Source: an uncultured Actinomycetes bacterium (GTDB lineage Bacteria; Actinomycetota; Thermoleophilia; UBA2241). Taken from it: 64,000 nucleotides of DNA. The stretch is from contig CAWAPD010000002.1 of the NCBI GenBank assembly GCA_963783865.1, positions 198,415-262,414 of the forward strand, written 5' to 3'. The notes below the pieces were generated by a model. It was not told where the DNA came from. It was given only the letters and a program-made list of their open reading frames with translations, and made no database searches. A program made the position numbers and the translations under genes. Shown here in pieces: positions 41,415 to 49,456 of this stretch; the first letter of the stretch is position 1, and each line of letters opens with the position of its first letter.

Positions 41415-43886
41415 TCACAGCAGGTAGACGACGAAGAAGATCGCGATCCAGACGGCGTCGACGAAGTGCCAGTAGTAGGTGGCCGCCTCGGCCATGCCCA
41501 GGTTGCCGCGCTGGGTGGCTTCTTCGACGGCCGCCGCCTCGGCGGGGTCCTCCGGCGGCGGCCCCGGCGGCCGCCACGAGGTCCGCATCAGCAGGTAGAT
41601 CAGGATCACGATGCCTGCCGAGACGTGCATCGCGTGGAGGCCGGTCAGGGTGTACAGGGACTCACCGCGCAGCCCGGCCGAGAACCCGAAGCCGGCGTGG
41701 GTCCACTCCCAGATCTCGGCGCCGAGGAACACCGCACCCAGCACGATCGTGACGACCAGCAGCCCGTGGCACTGCCCCCGCGCCCCCTTGCGCCAGGCGA
41801 CCAGCGCGTAGTGGGCGGCCACGCCGCTGGAGAGCAGGAAGATCGTGGCGATCGCGGCCAGCTTGACGTCGAGCGGTGGGGTGAGCGTGACGGAGCCGTT
41901 GTGGATGCGCAGGTGCACGTCGGCGGCGATCAGCGATCCGAACAGCACGGCCTCGGAACCGAGGAAGGCGATCATTCCCCACCCGAGCGCCGTGAAGCGC
42001 TGCCCCGGCAGGTCCCGAGGCTCGGGTCCGCGCCACGGCGCGCCCATCCAGACGAGCATGACGACCGCCAGCAGCGCCAGGCCGATGGCCGCGATGACGA
42101 GTGAGGTCAGCAGACCGATGCCCACCACCAGCACGCCGAGGGCGAGCCACAGCGGCATCGGCGTGTTGTGCGCCACCCGCTCGATCCCGGGGTCGGCGGC
42201 GCCGGCCTCGCCGGGCTGGCCCGGCCCGGCCGGCGCCGCCCCGGCGGTCGGCTCCTCGGCACCTTTGGACTCGGCGTGCTTGACGTCCCACAGGGGTCGC
42301 TCGCTGGTCACGACGGGCAAGGTGTCGAAGTTGTAGTGCGGGGGCGGCGAGGTGGTGGCCCACTCCAGCGTCCAGGCGTCCCACGGGTCGTCGCCGGCCG
42401 GTCGTCCCGAGCGCAGGCTGTGCACGACGTTGACGAGGAAGATGATCACCGACATGCCGATGATGTAGGCGCCGATCGCCGAGACGAAGTTGAACGGCGT
42501 CCACCCGAGGCCGGGCGCGTACGTCGAGATGCGTCGCGGCATGCCCATCAGCCCCACGATGTACATGGGGAAGAACGTCAGCGAGACGCCCGTGACAGTG
42601 ACCCAGAAATGGACCTTGCCCACGCGGTCGCTCAACATGCGGCCGGTCATCTTCGGGAACCAGTAGTAGATGCCGGCGAAGACGGCGAAGACGGTGCCGG
42701 CGAAGAGCACGTTGTGCAGGTGGCCGACGATGTAGAAGGTGTCGTTGACCTGCCAGTCGAACGGCACCACCGCCTGCGTCACGCCGGTGATGCCGCCGAT
42801 CGTGAACAGGGCGATCAGCCCGCAGGCGAACAGCAGCGATGTCTTGAAGCGCAGGGCCCCGCCCCACATCGTGGCCAGCCAGTTGAAGATCTTCACGCCG
42901 GTGGGGATGGCGATCAGCATGCTGGTGCCGGCCATGATCGAGTTGAAGTAGGTCGGCAGACCCGTGGTGAACATGTGGTGTGCCCAGACCAGGAAGCCGA
43001 GGCCCCCGATCACGAGCAGCGAGACGATCATCGCCGTGCGCCCGAACAGCGGCTTGCGCGAGAAGACCGGCACGACCTCGCTCATCATGCCGAAGGCCGG
43101 GAGGATGAGGATGTAGACCTCGGGGTGGCCGAAGAACCAGAACAGGTGCTGCCAGATAATCGGGTCGCCCCCGATCGTCGTGAAGAAGTGCGTGCCGTAG
43201 TGGCGGTCGAGGTAGAGCATGCCGACCGCCGCGGTGAGGCTCGGGATGGCGAACAGGATCAGGAACGAGTTGATGTACGTGGCGATCGAGAAGACCGGCA
43301 TCTGGGACCATCTCATGTTCGGCGCCCGCAGCCGGTTCATGGTGACGATGAAGTTCACCGCGCCGGCCAGCGAAGAGGCCCCCAGCATGGCGATCGCCAC
43401 CGTCCAGAAGCTGACACCGTCGTGGGGCGAGAACACGCGCTCGGTGAGCGGGGCGTAACTGAACCAGCCGGTATCGAGGGCGGGCCCGAAAAGGAAGGCG
43501 CTGTAGAACAGCAGCCCGCCAAAGAGGAACGTCCAGTAGCTGAAGGCGTTGAGACGCGGGAAGGCCATGTCTTCGGCGCCGATCTGGAGCGGCACCAGGT
43601 AGTTGGCGAAGCCGATCAGGATCGGCATGCCGAAGAGGAACACCATCGTCGTGCCGTGCACCGAGAACAGCTGGTCGTAGGTGTTCGCGGAGACCACGTG
43701 GAGCCCCGGCAGCATGGTCTGCGTGCGCATGACCATGGCGAACGAGGCGGCCACGAGGAAGAACAGCCAGGCCGAGCCGATGTACAGCGTGCCGATGCGC
43801 TTGTGGTCGGTCGTCGTCAGCCACGACGCAAGGCCGCGGCGCTCGGCCGGCAACTCGACGGCGATCGGCAGGGCCGGCGCGCTCAC
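41415..43886 (-). CDS. ctaD: Cytochrome c oxidase subunit I fused to subunit III (caa3-type, Thermus CaaB-like)
   Basis: 824 aa from GTG overlapping subunit II stop (GTGA); subunit I region (…WLTTTDHKRIGTLY…, …WFFGHPEVYILILP…, …AHHMFTTG…), C-terminal subunit III region ending …YWHFVDAVWIAIFFVVYLL; upstream 270 aa of the six-frame ORF spurious. Confidence 0.9.
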   Translation of the reverse strand: MSAPALPIAVELPAERRGLASWLTTTDHKRIGTLYIGSAWLFFLVAASFAMVMRTQTMLPGLHVVSANTYDQLFSVHGTTMVFLFGMPILIGFANYLVPLQIGAEDMAFPRLNAFSYWTFLFGGLLFYSAFLFGPALDTGWFSYAPLTERVFSPHDGVSFWTVAIAMLGASSLAGAVNFIVTMNRLRAPNMRWSQMPVFSIATYINSFLILFAIPSLTAAVGMLYLDRHYGTHFFTTIGGDPIIWQHLFWFFGHPEVYILILPAFGMMSEVVPVFSRKPLFGRTAMIVSLLVIGGLGFLVWAHHMFTTGLPTYFNSIMAGTSMLIAIPTGVKIFNWLATMWGGALRFKTSLLFACGLIALFTIGGITGVTQAVVPFDWQVNDTFYIVGHLHNVLFAGTVFAVFAGIYYWFPKMTGRMLSDRVGKVHFWVTVTGVSLTFFPMYIVGLMGMPRRISTYAPGLGWTPFNFVSAIGAYIIGMSVIIFLVNVVHSLRSGRPAGDDPWDAWTLEWATTSPPPHYNFDTLPVVTSERPLWDVKHAESKGAEEPTAGAAPAGPGQPGEAGAADPGIERVAHNTPMPLWLALGVLVVGIGLLTSLVIAAIGLALLAVVMLVWMGAPWRGPEPRDLPGQRFTALGWGMIAFLGSEAVLFGSLIAADVHLRIHNGSVTLTPPLDVKLAAIATIFLLSSGVAAHYALVAWRKGARGQCHGLLVVTIVLGAVFLGAEIWEWTHAGFGFSAGLRGESLYTLTGLHAMHVSAGIVILIYLLMRTSWRPPGPPPEDPAEAAAVEEATQRGNLGMAEAATYYWHFVDAVWIAIFFVVYLL

Positions 43887-44917
43887 TTCAGCTCCTCGAG
43901 GTAGGCGACAAGGTCGGCGATCTGCTGGGGCGGCAGCGGGACCGCCGGCATATGGGCGCCCGGCTTGATCCCCTGCGGGTCGTCGATCCAGCGGGCCAGG
44001 TTGGCCGGCGTGTTGGTCAGCGTGTAGGCGGCGATGCCCTGCCGGCTGCCGAAGTGGGTCAGGTCGGGGCCGAATTCGCCCTGCAGGCTGGTGCCGCGGA
44101 TGGCGTGACAGCCGCTGCAGGGCAGGGCGGCGATCTCGCGGGAGCCGGCGATCGCCTGCGCCCCGACCGGCCGGCGCGCCGGCTTCTGCTGGTCGTCGAA
44201 CCAAGCCCCGAACTGCGCCGAGGTCTCGACCACGAACAGGAACCGCATCTTCGGGTGCGCCGTGCCGCAGAACTCGGCGCACTGGCCCAGGTAGGTCCCC
44301 GTCTTGGTGGGCAGGAACGTCGTGGCGTTCACGTGCGTGGGGATCATCTGCACCTTGCCGCCCATCTGCGGCACCCAGAAGCTGTGGATCACGTCGCTCG
44401 AGAGCAGGTTGATGTGCACGACCTGGTCGACCGGCACGTGGATCTCGTTGGCGGTGCGGAACGTGGCCCCGCGGTACTGTACGTCCCACCACCACTGGCG
44501 GCCGTCCACCGTGAGCTGGGTCGGGTCCGCCGACGACATGCCGACGAGCTGGCCGGTGGTGTGCAGGGTCATGGCGAACAGCACCGAGACGATGACCAGG
44601 GGGATCGCCGTCCAGACGAGCTCGATCCTGAGGTTGCCCCTGGTCTGGCTGGCTTCTTCCTCGGGCCGGTTGCGGAAGCGCACGACGTCGATGGCGAGCC
44701 AGATCCACACGGTCACGAGCACCGTGCTCAGAATCGCGAAGATCTCGATCGCCAGGCGGGCGATGTCGTGCGCCTCGGGGCTCGCCGGGTGGAATATGGT
44801 GGGAGCGTTGTCGGCGCAGGCCGCCAGCAGCACCAGGACCAGCAGCCAGAGGCCGGGCGCGACCCGCGTCGCGACGCGGGTCGCGCCCCGCCGCCGGGTT
44901 CGCGATGCGGCGGGCAC
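43883..44917 (-). CDS. ctaC: Cytochrome c oxidase subunit II fused to C-terminal cytochrome c domain (caa3-type, CaaA-like), lipoprotein signal
   Basis: Lipobox LLAAC|ADN, two TM, CuA site …HSFWVPQMGGK…GQCAEFCGTAHPKM…, C-terminal CSGCH haem c motif; start assigned to GTG 44917 (no in-frame ATG upstream of signal peptide), uncertain. Confidence 0.8.
   Translation of the reverse strand: MPAASRTRRRGATRVATRVAPGLWLLVLVLLAACADNAPTIFHPASPEAHDIARLAIEIFAILSTVLVTVWIWLAIDVVRFRNRPEEEASQTRGNLRIELVWTAIPLVIVSVLFAMTLHTTGQLVGMSSADPTQLTVDGRQWWWDVQYRGATFRTANEIHVPVDQVVHINLLSSDVIHSFWVPQMGGKVQMIPTHVNATTFLPTKTGTYLGQCAEFCGTAHPKMRFLFVVETSAQFGAWFDDQQKPARRPVGAQAIAGSREIAALPCSGCHAIRGTSLQGEFGPDLTHFGSRQGIAAYTLTNTPANLARWIDDPQGIKPGAHMPAVPLPPQQIADLVAYLEELK
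44855..44888. promoter_or_regulatory. 34-bp perfect palindrome GGGCGCGACCCGCGTCGCGACGCGGGTCGCGCCC in the ctaB / caa3 divergent region (inside the 5' end of the subunit II ORF as called)
   Basis: Verified base by base (17/17 complementary pairs); about 80-110 bp upstream of ctaB ATG. Confidence 0.6.
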
Positions 44918-44965
44918 GGGTACTGAGCGGCTGCCGACGAGGTCGTCGACGGAGGAGCCTGAGGG

Positions 44966-45802
44966 ATGGAGTACCTGCGGGTCACCAAGCCCCGCATCGT
45001 GGCGCTGTTCGCCGTGACGGTCCTGGCCGCCCTGCTGCTGGCCGGGCCGCCGAGCCCCGCGGTGAGCGCCGCCGTGCTCTGCGCGGCGGCGCTCACCGTC
45101 GCCGGCGCGGCGGCCATGAACGGCGCCCTCGAGTACCGGCTCGACGCCCGCATGGAGCGCACCCGCCGGCGCCCGGTCGCCAGCGGCGCCATCACGCCGC
45201 GCCACGCCCTGCTCTTCGGGCTGGCCCTGACGGCCGCCGGCGTCGTCGCCGTGCTCGCGGTCGGCGGCGCCCTCGCGGCGGCCTTCGCCGCCGCCGGCGC
45301 CGCCTACTACGTCGTGGTCTACACGCTGTGGATCAAGCCCCACACCGGCCTCAGTTCCATCCCCGGCGGACTGGCCGGCGTCTTCCCCGTGCTCATCGCC
45401 TGGGCCGCCGCCGGGGCGCCGGCCGACGCCGACATCGCCTTCGTGTGCCTGCTCATCGTCGCCTGGTCGCCGCCCCACTTCTGGGCTCTCGCCTACGCCC
45501 GCGAGACCGAGTTCGCGGCCTCTGGCATCCCCGTGCCCCCCGTCGTCTACGGGGACCGCGCCGCCGGCCGCCAGCTGCTGGTGGCCACCGCCGTGCTGGT
45601 CGGGATCACCTTCGTGGCCGCCGCCACGCTCTACGGGTGGCTGTTCTGGGTCGTGGCGCTCGCCGGCGGCGCGGCCCTGCTGGCCGCGGCCGCGCTGGTC
45701 GCGCGCCGCGGCTCGCGCCGCGCCGCCTGGACGCTGCACAAGCTCTCCGGGCCCTACCTGGCCCTGCTCCTGGCGGCCGTCGTCGTCGAGCGGCTGCTGT
45801 AG
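44966..45802 (+). CDS. ctaB: Protohaem IX farnesyltransferase (haem O synthase)
   Basis: 278 aa, 8-9 TM UbiA-fold; …LRVTKPRIVAL…; RBS GGAGGAG; divergent from caa3 genes, convergent with qcrB. Confidence 0.85.
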   Translation: MEYLRVTKPRIVALFAVTVLAALLLAGPPSPAVSAAVLCAAALTVAGAAAMNGALEYRLDARMERTRRRPVASGAITPRHALLFGLALTAAGVVAVLAVGGALAAAFAAAGAAYYVVVYTLWIKPHTGLSSIPGGLAGVFPVLIAWAAAGAPADADIAFVCLLIVAWSPPHFWALAYARETEFAASGIPVPPVVYGDRAAGRQLLVATAVLVGITFVAAATLYGWLFWVVALAGGAALLAAAALVARRGSRRAAWTLHKLSGPYLALLLAAVVVERLL

Positions 45803-45819
45803 GTCGCGGCGCTCGTCCA

Positions 45820-47190
45820 TCACGCCACCGCCGTCGTCGCGCGCCGCCAGGCGCGGAACAGCAGGTACGCGAGCAGTGCGATCACGAACGGCAGCATGAC
45901 CGTCAGCAGCTGCAGGATCGCCAGCAGGGTCGGCTGGTGCCAATGGAACACCACCGCGAACACGTCGTTGCCCCCGCCGATGAGCAGCACCATGACGAAG
46001 GTGAACAGGCCCAGGGCCACGGCCATTCGGCCGGGCCGGGCCGACGGCGGGTCGAGCACGTTGTGGAACCCGCGCCCGGTCACCGCCGCGTCGAGCCAGG
46101 GCCAGATCAGGAGGAACCCGACGATCAGCCCGGGCAGCAGGGCGGCGGGCCAGAACAGCGCCGGCAGCGCGTAGCTACCGATGTGGATGTCCCACGAGGG
46201 CATCATGCGCACCGCCCCCTCGAGCCACCCCGTGTACCAGTCGGGCTGGGCGAACGAGGTCGAATCCCACGGCGTGTAGGGCCCATACAGCCAGACCGGG
46301 TTGATCTGGAAGAAGCCGCCCATGATCGTCAGCAGGCCGCCCACGGCCATGAAGAAGCCGGTCGTGCGCAGGGCGTAGGCGGGCATGAGCGGCGTGCCGA
46401 CGACGGTGCGGTCGTCGCGACCGCGGCCCGGGTACTCCGTGTGCCGCTGCAGCCACAGCAGCCCCAGGTGGGCGCCGAGCAGGCCGGCTATGAGGGCCGG
46501 GATCAGGAAGATGTGCACGGGGTAGAGGCGGGCGATCAGCGTCTCGCTGGGGAACGAGCCGCCGAACATCAGCGAGGCGAGCTGCGGGCCGACCAGCGGG
46601 ATGGACTGGGTGATCGAGTAGGCGATCCGCAGGCCGGTGCCCGACAGGAGGTCGTCGGGCAGCGAGTAGCCGAACACGCCGTTGGTGAACACCATCGTCA
46701 GCAAGCCGAGGCCGATCAGCCAGTTGACGCGCCGCGGGCGCCGATAGGCGCCGGTGAAGAACAGGCGCGCCAGGTGGATCGAGACCGCCGAGGCGAACAG
46801 CAGGGCCGCCCAGTGGTGGATCTGGCGCACCAGCAGGCCCCCACGGACGTCGAAGCTCAGGTCGAGGACCGAGCGATAGGCCGCCGACACGGTGGTCCCG
46901 TCGAGCGGCTTGTAGCTCCCGTGGTAGACGACCGGCGTCTGCGAGGCCGAGAAGAACAGGGCCATGAAGACGCCGGTCACGACCAGCACGATGAAGCTGT
47001 AGAGTGCGATCTCGCCGAAGAAGAACGACCAGTGGTCGGGGAAGATGTGGCGCAGCTCCTCGCGCAGCACGCGGCTGCCGCCGAGCGTGTCGTCGAGCCA
47101 GTCGCCGGCGGCGTGCGCGGCGTCGCGGACCTTGCGGCGGCCCACGCCGAACGAGGCGCCGAGCTGTCTGGTCAGGCGCGTGTCAGGCAT
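45820..47190 (-). CDS. qcrB: Cytochrome bc1 (menaquinol-cytochrome c reductase) cytochrome b subunit
   Basis: 456 aa; haem-ligating His pairs in helices (…RQIHHWAALLFASAVSIHL…, …YPVHIFLIPALIAGLLGAHL…). Confidence 0.9.
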   Translation of the reverse strand: MPDTRLTRQLGASFGVGRRKVRDAAHAAGDWLDDTLGGSRVLREELRHIFPDHWSFFFGEIALYSFIVLVVTGVFMALFFSASQTPVVYHGSYKPLDGTTVSAAYRSVLDLSFDVRGGLLVRQIHHWAALLFASAVSIHLARLFFTGAYRRPRRVNWLIGLGLLTMVFTNGVFGYSLPDDLLSGTGLRIAYSITQSIPLVGPQLASLMFGGSFPSETLIARLYPVHIFLIPALIAGLLGAHLGLLWLQRHTEYPGRGRDDRTVVGTPLMPAYALRTTGFFMAVGGLLTIMGGFFQINPVWLYGPYTPWDSTSFAQPDWYTGWLEGAVRMMPSWDIHIGSYALPALFWPAALLPGLIVGFLLIWPWLDAAVTGRGFHNVLDPPSARPGRMAVALGLFTFVMVLLIGGGNDVFAVVFHWHQPTLLAILQLLTVMLPFVIALLAYLLFRAWRRATTAVA

Positions 47191-48103
47191 ACACGTTCCA
47201 GAAGCCGGGGCCGATGGGCTCCTTGAAGTCGCTCTGCGCGACCAGGAACCCGTTCGCGTCGACAGCCAGCGGGAGCTGCGGCAGGGGGCGCGCGGCCGGT
47301 CCCGAGACCGGCCGCGCGCCCCTCAGCACGTCGAAGGTCGACTGGTGGCAGGGGCACAGCAGCACCTGCGCCTGGTCCTCGTACTGCGACACCGCGCAGC
47401 CGGCGTGGGTGCAGACGCGCGAGAAGGCGAGGAAGCCGTCGGGACTCCACGACTCGCGGCCGGGCAGGGGGGTGAACCGCCCGGGCAGGCGCAGCAGTGC
47501 CACCTGCGAGTCGCCGGCGTCGGTGTGACCCTCGGGGAACGCGACCAGGAACCCGCCGGCGGCCAGCGCATCGCGGGTCACCGGCTGGCCGTCGATCGTC
47601 ACCAGCCTGGCGCCCGGGGTCCAGTGGGTGTGGAACGAGCGGCCGCGCGGCCGCGAGCCGAACGCGCCCACGAGCGCGAGCTGGCTCAGGGCGAAGACCG
47701 TGGCACCGGTCACGAGGAGGCCCGTCAGCAGGCGTCGCCGGGTGAACAGCGACGCCTGGCGATGCAGCTCGTCTCCCAGCACCGCGCGCTCTTCCGCGTC
47801 GTCCGGCGGGATCGGGTACCGGCCCACCGCTGATTGGTCCTCGGGCCCGACCAGGTCGCGGCCCCAGTAGCTCAGCGACAGCGCCAGCCCCAGCAGGGCG
47901 GCGCCCAGCGTGCCCCCGAGCCAGGCGTTGTCGGCGTCGAGCACGAACGCCACGACGAAGCCGATGGCGCCGGCGATCGTGATCAGCGCCCCGAGTGCCA
48001 CGGGCCAGCCCGAGCGCCGGTGGGCGCGGGACGGAGGCGCCGGCGCCCCCGGCGCCGGCCCCGCCTCGACGGCCTGCGGCTCGCGCACCGGCGCGTCAGC
48101 CAT
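47183..48103 (-). CDS. qcrA: Rieske [2Fe-2S] iron-sulfur subunit of bc1 complex
   Basis: 306 aa; Rieske boxes CTHAGC … CPCHQS; 3 TM. Confidence 0.9.
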   Translation of the reverse strand: MADAPVREPQAVEAGPAPGAPAPPSRAHRRSGWPVALGALITIAGAIGFVVAFVLDADNAWLGGTLGAALLGLALSLSYWGRDLVGPEDQSAVGRYPIPPDDAEERAVLGDELHRQASLFTRRRLLTGLLVTGATVFALSQLALVGAFGSRPRGRSFHTHWTPGARLVTIDGQPVTRDALAAGGFLVAFPEGHTDAGDSQVALLRLPGRFTPLPGRESWSPDGFLAFSRVCTHAGCAVSQYEDQAQVLLCPCHQSTFDVLRGARPVSGPAARPLPQLPLAVDANGFLVAQSDFKEPIGPGFWNVYA

Positions 48104-48875
48104 GCGCGCCCTCCTTGCGATGGGCCAGCCAGACGGCGACGAGGAGCATTGCGACGAGCAGGAACACCGACGCGACGCCCTCGGTCACGGGGCCGTAGTA
48201 GCCGAGCCCGCGCCCGCCGGGCGACGGCGGGCTGCCGATGACCTCGACGTAGAGAGCCACGGCGGTCTGCTGCGGCACGGTGAAGGTGGTGCCGGCGAAC
48301 AGCGGCATGTTGTCGGGGCCGTAGATCATCGCCGCCAGCGCCTCCGCGGGCGGGTAGTCCGACAGGTTGGGCGCGTTCTTGATGCCCTGGGTCAGCGCGC
48401 CGCCGCGGCCCACTGCGCTGTGGCATCCCGAGCAGTAGAGGCGGTAGAGCTGGCCGCCCTGAGCCGCGGTCGCCGAACGTGCCGCGGGATCCGAGAGCGT
48501 TCCGGCCACGTAGGCCGCGACCTGGTCGATCTGAGCCGGCGACAATCCCTCGAACGCCGGCATCCTGATCCCACCCCGGGTCACCATCCCGGCCACGAGG
48601 CTGGCCGCGGCGTCCGGGGCGAGGGACGGTCCGATCTTTCCCTCGCCCCGGGCGCCGTGACAGTGCTTGCAGTTGGCGGCGAACAGCGCCGCTCCGGGAT
48701 CGGCCGGCACGGACGCCGGCGAGGTGACGGGAGCCGGCGAGGTGACGGCCGAGGGCGTGCCCGACGGCGATCCCGACGCCGCGCCCGCCGTCAGCGCACC
48801 GGTGGTGAGCACGGCCACGACGACCGCCAGCGTGCATCCCGCAAGCCAGACCGCGAGCCGACCGCGCGCGCTCAT
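48096..48875 (-). CDS. qcrC: Dihaem cytochrome c subunit of bc1 complex
   Basis: Two CxxCH (CKHCHG, CSGCHS), C-terminal TM anchor; ATG overlaps nuoA stop (ATGA). Confidence 0.85.
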   Translation of the reverse strand: MSARGRLAVWLAGCTLAVVVAVLTTGALTAGAASGSPSGTPSAVTSPAPVTSPASVPADPGAALFAANCKHCHGARGEGKIGPSLAPDAAASLVAGMVTRGGIRMPAFEGLSPAQIDQVAAYVAGTLSDPAARSATAAQGGQLYRLYCSGCHSAVGRGGALTQGIKNAPNLSDYPPAEALAAMIYGPDNMPLFAGTTFTVPQQTAVALYVEVIGSPPSPGGRGLGYYGPVTEGVASVFLLVAMLLVAVWLAHRKEGAHG

Positions 48876-49264
48876 CCCCGCCCCCGGCGCGAACGTCCGC
48901 TGGTGCCCCAGTCGAGCGCCCGCAGCCGCCACAGGTACGCCAGTGCGGCCGCCAGCAGCGTCACGAACACGGCGAGCTCGACGTAGCCGGTCCAGCCCAG
49001 GCTGCGGGCCGCGACCGCCCAGCCGAAGATGAACGCGACCTCCAGGTCGAACACCACGAAGAAGATGGCGACCTGGTAGAACTCGATCGAGAAGCGCCGG
49101 GGCAGGCCGCCGGCGGGATCGATCCCCGACTCGTAGCGGTCGCTCGTGCCGAGGTCGCGATGGCGCTGGCCCAGCACCATGGGCAAGCCGATCATCGTCG
49201 CCGTCAGACCGACGACGATCGCGGTGTAGACGAGGAACGACCAGGTGGCCCCGACCGCAGGCAT
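48872..49264 (-). CDS. nuoA: NADH-quinone oxidoreductase subunit A
   Basis: 130 aa, 3 TM; …YESGIDPAGGLPRRFSIEFYQVAIFFVVFDLEVAFIFGWA… diagnostic NuoA/ND3 motif; RBS GGGAGG. Confidence 0.9.
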   Translation of the reverse strand: MPAVGATWSFLVYTAIVVGLTATMIGLPMVLGQRHRDLGTSDRYESGIDPAGGLPRRFSIEFYQVAIFFVVFDLEVAFIFGWAVAARSLGWTGYVELAVFVTLLAAALAYLWRLRALDWGTSGRSRRGRG

Positions 49265-49456
49265 CAGCCGCCCGCCTCCCGGCGGGCGTCCCTTTCGTGG
49301 CCTGGCAGCACTTCCCCCTTCACGTCACACGACTCCCCGCGACGGCGGTCCGCCCCGCAACGACGCGGACCGTCCGAAGGACAACCGCTGGCAACGTACC
49401 CTACCGAGCGCCAGCCGTAAATGTTTGGTGCGACTGCAGGTGTGGAGGCGGCGCTC

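Noticed and set aside
41662-43904. 720-aa minus-strand and 578-aa plus-strand ORFs overlapping the oxidase subunit I/III gene; N-terminal 270 aa of the 1097-aa ORF
   Set aside because: Out-of-frame or antisense. The oxidase begins at the GTG overlapping the subunit II stop.
44905-47226. 773-aa plus-strand ORF over qcrB and 43952..44926 + over subunit II
   Set aside because: Antisense nonsense. qcrB and subunit II have diagnostic haem/CuA motifs in the minus frames.
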